Origin: Gammaproteobacteria bacterium
GTDB taxonomy: Bacteria; Pseudomonadota; Gammaproteobacteria; UBA4575
Assembly (NCBI GenBank): GCA_965222615.1
Contig: CBDCUI010000008.1
Location: forward strand, 864,001-928,000
DNA length: 64,000 bases
Direction of reading: 5' to 3'
The stretch's first letter is position 1. Every line of letters begins with the position of its first letter. The notes beneath the pieces are model-generated. The model searched no databases and had not been told where the DNA came from. It was given only the letters and a program-made list of their open reading frames with translations. The translations under genes and the position numbers were made by a program. Positions 42,154 through 50,826 of the stretch are shown piece by piece.

Positions 42154-43335
42154 ATGATGAATATGAAAACATTTCACGAATCAAATATGCAAGATGCGTT
42201 ACAAAAAATTCGCAATGAACTAGGTAGTGATGCGATTATTATTTCCACTAAACAAAATAAAAATGGTGTACAAGTAGTAGCAGCTACTGATCAAGACGTT
42301 GTTGCTAGTAATAGTGACAATATAAAAGTACAAGAAGATAGAGAAATATCTTATCTCAATACAAAAAATCAGATTGATAATGATAGATCTTTAAATTCAA
42401 TAAATAAATTTACTAATGAAGATATTCAGGATGAAATCAGTAAGCTTCGTTATATGATCGAATCACAAACAGAAATAATAAGTTGGAATAAGATTATTAA
42501 TGAAAACTCTGTGGCTAGGGAGATTTTACAAAAACTCTCAATAAGTGGATTTGGATTTAACTTTAGTAAAGATATATTTGGACGGATTAATAACATTAGT
42601 GATCAAAATAGTGCGTGGACTGGGGTTGAAAAAATAATTTCTGAATCTATTGAAATTGTAGAAAAAAATATTATAGAAGTTGGAGGTGTAGTCGCCTTAG
42701 TTGGCCCTACAGGTGTAGGAAAAACTACTACGATTGCAAAAATTGCTGCGCAATATGCATTGAAGCATACAAATCACCAGATTGCACTCATCAGCACTGA
42801 TCATTATCGCATTGGTGCACATGACCAAATAAGCACTTATGCAAGCATACTAAATGTACCGGTCATTGCCGCAAGAAATAAAATTGAATTACAGCAAGCC
42901 TTGCATGTTGTCAGAGACAAAAAGCTAATTTTAATAGATACGCCAGGATTGTGTCAGCGTGATAATCGCGTTGCAGAAATTATGAAGACATTGTCTGAAC
43001 AGCCTAAAAATATCGATAAATATTTAGTGATGTCAGCAGCGTCGCAGTTGTTCGTACAAAAAGAAATTATTAGTCAATTCAATTCCGAAGTTATTGATGG
43101 TGCAATCATCAGTAAAACTGATGAGACATCACAAATTGGTGGAATCTTAACTGCATTGATAGAGCAAGGTTTGCCGATAGTGTTTGAAACAACTGGGCAA
43201 CGTGTACCTGAAGACTTAGTGCGTACAAATCAAGTTAAGTTATTGAAAAAAGCTATTTATTTAGGTGAAAAATTTGGAAAGATGGAATGCTTTCATCCAA
43301 CAGAACTATATAGTGAGTTATTAGAAAATGTTTAA
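42154..43335 (+). CDS. flhF: SRP-family GTPase FlhF
   Basis: GPTGVGKTTT, DTPG, SKTDE, GQRVPED. Confidence 0.93.
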   Translation: MMNMKTFHESNMQDALQKIRNELGSDAIIISTKQNKNGVQVVAATDQDVVASNSDNIKVQEDREISYLNTKNQIDNDRSLNSINKFTNEDIQDEISKLRYMIESQTEIISWNKIINENSVAREILQKLSISGFGFNFSKDIFGRINNISDQNSAWTGVEKIISESIEIVEKNIIEVGGVVALVGPTGVGKTTTIAKIAAQYALKHTNHQIALISTDHYRIGAHDQISTYASILNVPVIAARNKIELQQALHVVRDKKLILIDTPGLCQRDNRVAEIMKTLSEQPKNIDKYLVMSAASQLFVQKEIISQFNSEVIDGAIISKTDETSQIGGILTALIEQGLPIVFETTGQRVPEDLVRTNQVKLLKKAIYLGEKFGKMECFHPTELYSELLENV

Positions 43336-44218
43336 AGAAAATAATTGTAATGTAGCCCAAATTGATCAGGCCTATTCTTTAAGGAAGCTTACTACAATTG
43401 ATGATATTTCTGTTATCGCAATAACCGGTGGCAAAGGAGGTGTTGGTAAAACTAGTATAGCAATTAATTTGTCAATAGCACTATCAATGCTGAAGAACGA
43501 TGTAATGCTATTAGACGCAGATTTTGGATTATCAAATGTAGATGTGTTGTTAGGTTTAAATGCATGTAGAAATCTACAGCATGTGTTACTAGAAGAGTGT
43601 GCCTTAGAAGATGTAATAGTTGAAGGACCGTATGGTGTTCAAATAATTCCTGCATCGCCTGGAATTCGTAGTATGGCAAATTTATCAACATATGAGCATT
43701 TAGGAATAATAGATTCTATTAGCCAACTTACATATCCAATTGATTACTTTTTAATTGATACTGCAGCCGGTATTCATGATGGGGTCTTTTTGTTTTCACA
43801 AATGGCTAGCAATGTAGTAGTAGTGCTTTGTGATGAACCTGCATCGATTGCTGACGCATATGCACTAATTAAAGTACTTAGCAAAAACGATAAAAATAAG
43901 AGATATAGAGTACTAACTAATATGACAGAATCAAGTGCACACGCAGAACAGCTATTTAATCAATTTGCAAAGGTGTGTAACCATTTTCTGGATGTAACAC
44001 TAGAATATTGTGGGTATATACCAGATGATGAATATTTGAAGAAGGCCATTCAAAAACAAAAAACTATTTTTGACTCGTATCCAAGTAGTCGATCGGCATT
44101 AGCATTTAAGCGAATAGCTAAAGAGATCGAGCTTTGGCCCAAACAAACTTATACCAACGGGACGGTAGAATTGTTTTTAGAACGCCAATTATCGAACCGC
44201 AAAAACAATAGGGTGTAG
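43328..44218 (+). CDS. flhG: MinD-like ATPase FlhG/FleN
   Basis: GGKGGVGKT; DADFGLSNVD; DTAAG; DAYALIK. Confidence 0.93.
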   Translation: MFKENNCNVAQIDQAYSLRKLTTIDDISVIAITGGKGGVGKTSIAINLSIALSMLKNDVMLLDADFGLSNVDVLLGLNACRNLQHVLLEECALEDVIVEGPYGVQIIPASPGIRSMANLSTYEHLGIIDSISQLTYPIDYFLIDTAAGIHDGVFLFSQMASNVVVVLCDEPASIADAYALIKVLSKNDKNKRYRVLTNMTESSAHAEQLFNQFAKVCNHFLDVTLEYCGYIPDDEYLKKAIQKQKTIFDSYPSSRSALAFKRIAKEIELWPKQTYTNGTVELFLERQLSNRKNNRV

Positions 44219-44223
44219 ATGTT

Positions 44224-44955
44224 ATGACAGGTACTGGAGCTGCAAGTTACGTAGCAATTCAAAATTTAGATATAGATGCCGTCGTAACGCAACATGCATC
44301 TTTGGTCAAGCGTATTGCATATCATATGAAAGGCAGGTTGCCTGATACAGTACTTGTAGATGATTTAATCCAGTCTGGAATGGTTGGTTTGTTAGAAGCT
44401 GCTAGAAATTATGATCCTACGCATGGTGCTAGTTTTGAAACTTATGCAGGAATACGTATTCGTGGTGCAATGCTCGATGAAATAAGACGGGGAGATTGGA
44501 CGCCAAGATCTGTGCATCGAAAATCTCGACAGATGATGGAGGCAATTCAAAAAGTTGAAAATAGAACATTATCCAGTGCGACTGATGCGGAAGTCGCAAA
44601 AGAAATGGGTATTGATCTAAATGAGTACAACCAGATATTAAGAAACTCATCAATCGCACAAGTATTTAGTATAGATGATGGAGATGAGTCTATTGATCAT
44701 AAAATAGAAATGAGCTCTGATTCAAATCCAGATAAAGAATATACAGATGATCAATTTCATGCAGAACTTACGGCTGCAATCAATAATTTACCAGAGCGTG
44801 AACGATTGGTAATGTCTCTTTATTATGAAGAAGAGATGAACTTGAAAGAAATAGGAAGTATTCTCGAAGTGAGTGAGTCTCGTGTATGTCAAATACATGG
44901 CAAAGCTTTAGTTATACTCCGCGCTACGTTAAGTGAATGGTTGAGTAATAATTAA
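44224..44955 (+). CDS. fliA: Sigma28 factor FliA
   Basis: RIRGAMLDEIRRGDWTPRSV; VSESRVCQIH. Confidence 0.96.
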   Translation: MTGTGAASYVAIQNLDIDAVVTQHASLVKRIAYHMKGRLPDTVLVDDLIQSGMVGLLEAARNYDPTHGASFETYAGIRIRGAMLDEIRRGDWTPRSVHRKSRQMMEAIQKVENRTLSSATDAEVAKEMGIDLNEYNQILRNSSIAQVFSIDDGDESIDHKIEMSSDSNPDKEYTDDQFHAELTAAINNLPERERLVMSLYYEEEMNLKEIGSILEVSESRVCQIHGKALVILRATLSEWLSNN

Positions 44956-45014
44956 TTTAAAATGGAATAATTATAAAAATTAATGGATATATGAGGATAC
45001 CTTTAATGATATAA

Positions 45015-45188
45015 ATGGCTAGCGAAAATAAAATTGGGTCTTTGACAAGAACTTGGCCGATTCTACCTGTCAAGAAAGATAGCCATGATAAAAAAAAGCA
45101 GAGTAATAACGAAGAAAAGACAAAAAAAATATCCGAGGATAAAATTGATAAAGATCCTGGTGATACGATAATTGATGAATATGTTTAG
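45015..45188 (+). CDS. Unannotated 57-aa charged protein ending IIDEYV
   Basis: Hand translation MASENKIGSLTRTWPILPVKKDSHDKKKQSNNEEKTKKISEDKIDKDPGDTIIDEYV; ends 18 bp before next ATG; weak SD. Confidence 0.6.
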   Translation: MASENKIGSLTRTWPILPVKKDSHDKKKQSNNEEKTKKISEDKIDKDPGDTIIDEYV

Positions 45189-45206
45189 TTATAGATTGAG
45201 GTCATT

Positions 45207-45653
45207 ATGGAATTATATAATTTTAGTTATGAGTATTTTTTAAGCTTTATAAAAGAACTGTTTGTTATTTTACAGATTAATTATGAAAAATTACCATTGG
45301 TATTTTTTTGTTTTGGAATATTAGTAGCTATCTTACTTATTAATAAAAGAATAAATAAATTAGAAAAAATTCAAATTAATGATATTAATGATGTTACAAG
45401 CTTCAATCGTCTAATTGACGATGAAATAGGGATATTAAATGAAAGATATGATAGACAAAAAGGATTATTTAATAAAAGTAAAGGAAATGACGAGATAAAA
45501 CATGAGAAGCTATTCAATAATGCACCTTATACACAAGCTGTTCATTTAGCGCAGAGAGGCTATACCAGGGATGATATTATTTCATTATGTACATTAACTG
45601 AGTCGGAGGCTGAACTAATACTTGCTCTACATGCAAATTCAAAAGCGGCATAA
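45207..45653 (+). CDS. DUF2802-domain membrane protein
   Basis: TM then PYTQAVHLAQRG...IISLCTLTESEAELILALH. Confidence 0.75.
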   Translation: MELYNFSYEYFLSFIKELFVILQINYEKLPLVFFCFGILVAILLINKRINKLEKIQINDINDVTSFNRLIDDEIGILNERYDRQKGLFNKSKGNDEIKHEKLFNNAPYTQAVHLAQRGYTRDDIISLCTLTESEAELILALHANSKAA

Positions 45654-45698
45654 ATAAATTATCTATCACAGCAGATTGTAAACTAGTTTACCAGGGTT

Positions 45699-45725
45699 TA
45701 AAGAATAAATAACTTAGGTCGATAA
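45699..45725 (+). promoter_or_regulatory. Sigma28 promoter
   Basis: TAAA(G)-N15-GTCGATAA, ending 29 bp before ATG 45755. Confidence 0.7.
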
Positions 45726-45754
45726 ATGCTTTATTAAAATAAGCATATATCGAG

Positions 45755-45928
45755 ATGTATTTTAAGTGTTCATGGTGTGGGATGAGGATTTCGGATAAAC
45801 CCCTGTATTATTCCTCTGGTTTTGTGGACTTGGCTCCAGGATTTAAGGTCTTTTGTGGACCAGCTTGTTCCTTAGCAGATTATCTCTCCCAACATAAGCA
45901 CTCGTCTGACAAAACAACCCAACATTAA
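45755..45928 (+). CDS. Unannotated 57-aa Cys4 metal-finger (TRASH/MYM-like) protein
   Basis: Hand translation MYFKCSWCGMRISDKPLYYSSGFVDLAPGFKVFCGPACSLADYLSQHKHSSDKTTQH; CxxC...FCxxxC. Confidence 0.65.
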   Translation: MYFKCSWCGMRISDKPLYYSSGFVDLAPGFKVFCGPACSLADYLSQHKHSSDKTTQH

Positions 45929-45963
45929 GATATATTCCTTATAAATCAGTCAGTTATATTTCT

Positions 45964-45990
45964 TAAAGCTGACAATTTTTAAGCCGATAA
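45964..45990 (+). promoter_or_regulatory. Sigma28 promoter upstream of K+ channel gene
   Basis: Consensus TAAA(G)-N15-GCCGATAA. Confidence 0.75.
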
Positions 45991-46153
45991 ATTAAATGTG
46001 TCGGCAATTGCTCTTACGCACTCTCACTGTATTGAGTAATTTTCAGATAACTTCGTTTAGGCTGTTTCAAATACAAGCCAGACTTGCTTGTATACACGTA
46101 TAACAAATGGAAGTGCATTAGAGATTATGTAATGGAAGATGCATTAAATAAAA

Positions 46154-47164
46154 ATGTATTTAAGAAGACGTATTTATCAAATACTTGAACTAGCCACAAA
46201 GGGAGACTCGGCTAGTAAAGTATTGGACATATTTCTAATTTCTCTAATTGTTCTAAGTGTAATCGCAATTGTTCTAGAGTCAGTACAGTCAATTAACGAA
46301 AAATACTACACGTTATTTTATTACTTCGAAATATTTGCAGTATCAATATTTTCGCTAGAGTATATATTAAGAGTTTGGGCTTGCGTTGAAAATCCAAAGT
46401 GGAGGAGAGTCACTTCTAATAAGTTGAAATTAAGATCCAAATATATCTTTTCATTTGAAGCGCTTGTGGATCTATTTGCTGTTTTACCATTTTACTTAGT
46501 ATTGTTTGGTTTGTCGGGAAATATAGATCTAAGGTTTTTACGTTCATTTAGACTTCTTAGAATATTTAAACTAACCAGATATTCTGGAGCATTTGATGTT
46601 TTATTTACCGCGTTTAAAGAAAATGCTAGTGCCTTTGGTGCAGCATTTTTTGTTTTGTTAATTGTTATGTTATTAGCAGCAACCGGGATGTACTATTTTG
46701 AACATAAAGTGCAACCAGTTGCATTTGGAAGCATTTTAGCTTCTATGTGGTGGGCGTTCGCGACATTAACGACTGTAGGCTACGGTGATGTCACGCCAAT
46801 CACTGCTGGTGGAAAAGTATTTGGTGCATTAATAACAGTATTAGGTGTTGGGATGGTAGCTTTACCAACAGCGATCTTGGCATCAGCATTTTCAGAGCAA
46901 TTACGGATTCGCTCAAGTAAATATGAATACCTTGCGGACCAAGCATATGAAGATGGAATATTGACTGAAGATGAAAAAATTGGTCTCGAAAAAAAGCGCG
47001 AGGAATTAGGTCTAAGTAAGGATACTGCAGATCTCATATTAATAAATGAGCATAAGAAATTAAATAAATCTAGTGAAGAAAATAAAGAATATTGTCCACA
47101 TTGTGGTAGCCAAATTAATGTATCAGATAATACCAAGACGGACTATATACAAAAATGTAGTTAA
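46154..47164 (+). CDS. Voltage-gated potassium channel (6TM)
   Basis: S4 LRFLRSFRLLRIFKLTRY; pore WWAFATLTTVGYGDVTP; C-terminal DGILTEDE and CPHCG. Confidence 0.92.
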   Translation: MYLRRRIYQILELATKGDSASKVLDIFLISLIVLSVIAIVLESVQSINEKYYTLFYYFEIFAVSIFSLEYILRVWACVENPKWRRVTSNKLKLRSKYIFSFEALVDLFAVLPFYLVLFGLSGNIDLRFLRSFRLLRIFKLTRYSGAFDVLFTAFKENASAFGAAFFVLLIVMLLAATGMYYFEHKVQPVAFGSILASMWWAFATLTTVGYGDVTPITAGGKVFGALITVLGVGMVALPTAILASAFSEQLRIRSSKYEYLADQAYEDGILTEDEKIGLEKKREELGLSKDTADLILINEHKKLNKSSEENKEYCPHCGSQINVSDNTKTDYIQKCS

Positions 47165-47394
47165 GCATACGAGTCTTCATACACAATGCATTATAGAAAT
47201 GCAGAATAAGCTTGCTTCAAGCGATTCTCTGATCTATTGATGAAGTTGCAAAGATCAATGAATATGAAGACGCTTGTAGGGTTTGTTGAAAATGAAGCTA
47301 TTTTGACTAGCTAACACGAGATAGATATCGATTATGCACGAGGTTTCGGTATTAGAGAGCCAGTAATGCTGGATTGAGATGGGGGGTAAAGGTC

Positions 47395-47420
47395 TCAAGA
47401 TTTGATATTTTGGCCGTTAT
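47395..47420 (+). promoter_or_regulatory. Possible sigma28 promoter
   Basis: TCAA(G)-N14-GCCGTTAT; spacer 1 nt shorter than the others. Confidence 0.4.
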
Positions 47421-47447
47421 ATTAGTAGAACTGAAGCAGAAAACTTG

Positions 47448-49001
47448 ATGAGATTAGATGTGGCTGTATTAGATAATCCCGAACTGATAACACGATTGGA
47501 GCGCTGTCGTAGCTTACCTACACCTCCTGGCGTTGCTGAACAAATAATTAGCCTAAGTGCACAGCCTAATAGCGATATGGCAATGCTTACAGATATTGTA
47601 AGTCGTGACCCTGCTTTAACTGTAAAAATATTGCGCATGGCAAATTCACCGTTATATGCAAAGCAGGGAAAGATCGATAATTTGCAACAAGCGATATTGA
47701 TGTTTGGTTGGAACGGGACATTAAATCTTGCTTTGAGTTTTTCACTTGTACCAAAGGCTCCATCGGTTGCGGGTGTGGGGCTAGATTATACTTTTTTCTG
47801 GAAACGATCATTGGCTGCAGCGGTAGCAAGTAGGCATTTAGGTGAGACTGTTGGAATAAATAGTAGAAAACAAGATTTATTTTTACCTGGTTTGCTTCAA
47901 GATGTTGGTATGTTGGCCTTAGATAGGGCAATACCTAATTTCTATGATGATCTTGGAGATAAACAGCATGATCACAAATACGTTCAACGCTATGAGATTG
48001 AAGAATTAGGTTCAGACCATGCAGTGGTTGGCGCTTGGCTATTGGAACGATGGAATTTTCCTAAAAGAATAATCGAACTTGTAGAGATAAGTCATGGTGA
48101 GGAAAAATATTTAGATAACACTGAAGTAGAACTTTCTAAAAACTGTATTGAAATATCAAATGTAATTGCAGATTGTATTTGTTGTGAAGAAGATCAAAAA
48201 GATTATCAGCACGCCGCAAGAGTAACTGAAAAAGTGCTTGAAATAAAAAAAGAAATATTTATTGAAAATTTCGAAAGTATAACTGAGGAACTACTTGAAG
48301 CGGCTTCAATATTTGAATTGGATGTAGGTCATCCAAATCTATTAAATTGTATAGTCGATCAAGCAAGAGAAATGCTATTGTTGCGTAGTATGGAAACTTT
48401 AAAGACTGCAGAAGAGTTACATGAAGCTGCAGTATCATTAGAATCAAAAGCTAATAAACTAGAAGAGTTTACTAAAAAGGATCCTCTGACAAATATCTAC
48501 AATCGTGGTTATTTAGAGATTGCTTTACCTAGAGAATTTGAAATGTCTAAAGATACAAACTGGCCACTTTCTATTGTGATGGTAGATTTAGATCATTTCA
48601 AAAAAGTAAACGATACATACGGACATGACTGTGGGGATAAAGCATTAATCTATGCTGTTGATGTATTGAAATCATGTATTCGTACGACCGATTCTCTATA
48701 TAGATATGGTGGAGAAGAATTTGTTGTTGTATTACCTGATACTGGTACGGTAGGCGCTGAATGCTTTGCAAAAAGAATTATAGAAACATTTAATAATTCT
48801 GCATTTGAGTATCGAGAAAATTTAAAAATACCTGTCACAGCATCATTAGGTCTTGCTATACAAGGCGAGGGTACTCATTTTGAAAGCTGGGAAGATTTAC
48901 TCAATACCGCAGATGATTGTATGTACATATCAAAATCAAATGGCCGAAATCAGTATACACTTTATAAGGAAGAGCCGCCTGTAAATGCTGTGGCAAGTTG
49001 A
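47448..49001 (+). CDS. HDOD + GGDEF diguanylate cyclase
   Basis: LPTPP, DPALTVKILRMANS, GLLQDVG, DHAVVGAWLL; DPLTNIYNR, RTTD I-site, RYGGEEF. Confidence 0.9.
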   Translation: MRLDVAVLDNPELITRLERCRSLPTPPGVAEQIISLSAQPNSDMAMLTDIVSRDPALTVKILRMANSPLYAKQGKIDNLQQAILMFGWNGTLNLALSFSLVPKAPSVAGVGLDYTFFWKRSLAAAVASRHLGETVGINSRKQDLFLPGLLQDVGMLALDRAIPNFYDDLGDKQHDHKYVQRYEIEELGSDHAVVGAWLLERWNFPKRIIELVEISHGEEKYLDNTEVELSKNCIEISNVIADCICCEEDQKDYQHAARVTEKVLEIKKEIFIENFESITEELLEAASIFELDVGHPNLLNCIVDQAREMLLLRSMETLKTAEELHEAAVSLESKANKLEEFTKKDPLTNIYNRGYLEIALPREFEMSKDTNWPLSIVMVDLDHFKKVNDTYGHDCGDKALIYAVDVLKSCIRTTDSLYRYGGEEFVVVLPDTGTVGAECFAKRIIETFNNSAFEYRENLKIPVTASLGLAIQGEGTHFESWEDLLNTADDCMYISKSNGRNQYTLYKEEPPVNAVAS

Positions 49002-49060
49002 ACTTAATCTAAACGAAAAATTAAATAACTGATGTCGATAGGACAAATGGAAGAAAAGTT

Positions 49061-50020
49061 ATGGAACTTTGTATACAGGACTTGATTGATAATGAAACGT
49101 TTGCACTATTAGAACAGTGCAAAGATTTACCTAGTCCACCAGGTGTAGCAGATCAAATAATACATCTAAGCTCAAAATCAAATTCAAACATTGATACCTT
49201 AGCTGAAATTGTCAGTTATGATCCTGCGCTTACAGCAAAAATATTACGAATTGCTAATTCATCTTTATATGCGAGGCGTGCTAAAACGGAAAATATTCAA
49301 CAAGCTGTTGTAATGTTTGGTTGGGAGGGAACATTGAGTCTTGCACTAAGTTTTTCGTTAGTAAGTAGTATAAGTAAGCAGGGGGATGGCTTAGATTATA
49401 GTTTTTTTTGGAAACGGTCACTGGCCTCTGCAGTCTCATGTAAGTGTTTAGCTGATATAACTGGGTATGCAAAGAAGGAAGAGTTATTTTTACCTGGCTT
49501 ATTACAAGATATTGGTATGTTAGCGATAGATAAAGTTCATCCAGAGTTATATTCAGGTATAGGGGAGAAGCAAACAAATCATGACTACTTAGTAAATTTT
49601 GAGAAAGATAAGCTAGGTTTTGATCATGCAGTAGTTGGGGCGTGGCTGTTAAATAAATGGGAAATTCCTGAGAAAATTACCGAGCTTGTATCTGCTAGCC
49701 ATGGCGATAATATGAATTATATTAATAATGAGTACAAGCTACCCGCAAAGTGTGTTGCATTTGCCGGCGTGCTTGCAGATTGTATTTGCTGTGATCATGC
49801 TGAGGAAGGCTACTTAAAAGAAGCGGATACAGCAGAAAAAGAGTTTGGCATTGATATTATAGAATTTATGAATTTGATCGGAATCGTTACAAATGAGTTT
49901 TTAGAGACAGCAAATTTATTTGATCTCGAAATAGATGATCCTCACCTACTAGAGACTGTTGCTGAAATGGCTAAAATGACAATAGAGTTAAGTGGGACAG
50001 ATAAAAATCAGGCTGCATAG
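49061..50020 (+). CDS. Stand-alone HDOD protein, paralogue of the upstream HDOD domain
   Basis: LPSPP, DPALTAKILRIANS, GLLQDIG, DHAVVGAWLL. Confidence 0.88.
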   Translation: MELCIQDLIDNETFALLEQCKDLPSPPGVADQIIHLSSKSNSNIDTLAEIVSYDPALTAKILRIANSSLYARRAKTENIQQAVVMFGWEGTLSLALSFSLVSSISKQGDGLDYSFFWKRSLASAVSCKCLADITGYAKKEELFLPGLLQDIGMLAIDKVHPELYSGIGEKQTNHDYLVNFEKDKLGFDHAVVGAWLLNKWEIPEKITELVSASHGDNMNYINNEYKLPAKCVAFAGVLADCICCDHAEEGYLKEADTAEKEFGIDIIEFMNLIGIVTNEFLETANLFDLEIDDPHLLETVAEMAKMTIELSGTDKNQAA

Positions 50021-50641
50021 TTAGTTACATGTACGTAGCTTTGTCTCTGTAGCCCAATAAATGGATTCTTTAGCAAATTGACTTTCCGATCCGTTTTCAT
50101 CGATATCAGGACATTGGGAAACAATATTTTCGATTTCTGTCCATATAGTTAGAGATGCTTCAGCTAGTTGGCAAAAATCAGTAATACTACTGTTATTTTG
50201 AAAATTATTTTGATCTTTACGCTGTAAACTTAAAAAGCGATTATTAGCGGTTTCACAATTAATGATTTTGCCACTTTTGAATAGTTCTTTATCATCAGCA
50301 GCTTTCGAGATTTTTTCATATATAGAGTTATATTCATTTATAGCGTCAAATATCTCGTCATCTGTCATAGCCGATTGCAGCTGATCAATTTTGTCAATTG
50401 CAGAATCATCCCCAAACAATGCCGTTACTCGATACCAGGCATGTGCTTTGGCATAGTCTTGTAAAACACCTGCGCCTTCAAAATATATCTCGCCTAATTG
50501 CATTTGTGCTGAAGTATCTCCACGAACTGCATCTTCTAATAACTGATCAATATCATTTGATGCCATAGATTGTAGACTAACTATTAATAGCCCGAATAAA
50601 GTAAATAAAAAGTAATATAATAGCTGTAGGTATGGTCGCAT
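50021..50641 (-). CDS. Secreted Sel1-repeat protein with 4-Cys C-terminal domain
   Basis: Signal peptide; GDTSAQMQLGEIYFEGAGVLQDYAKAHAWY. Confidence 0.8.
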   Translation of the reverse strand: MRPYLQLLYYFLFTLFGLLIVSLQSMASNDIDQLLEDAVRGDTSAQMQLGEIYFEGAGVLQDYAKAHAWYRVTALFGDDSAIDKIDQLQSAMTDDEIFDAINEYNSIYEKISKAADDKELFKSGKIINCETANNRFLSLQRKDQNNFQNNSSITDFCQLAEASLTIWTEIENIVSQCPDIDENGSESQFAKESIYWATETKLRTCN

Positions 50642-50826
50642 AATTTTACTGTGCTAAAGTTAATGTCCTTTCCCAATGGTAGATGCATGAAATACCAGGT
50701 GAAGTATTGGTGCCTCTATATTTTATGTTTAATTGTTCATCTATGATTTGGCCATTGAATTTCATATTCAAGGTCCCTTTAAACCCTTGTCTAGTTTCAT
50801 ATCTGTAACTGTAGTTCCCTAATAGA

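Noticed and set aside
45996-46103. 35-aa ORF MCRQLLLR... after the second sigma28 promoter
   Set aside because: ATG at about the expected TSS, no SD and no motif; more likely leader or sRNA
49015-49041. Sigma28 promoter for the solo HDOD gene
   Set aside because: GTCGATAG -10 is present but the -35 position reads GAAA; too weak
50021-50641. MotX (Sel1-type partner of Na+ stators)
   Set aside because: Only generic Sel1 similarity; no MotX-specific features recognised and no motY in the window
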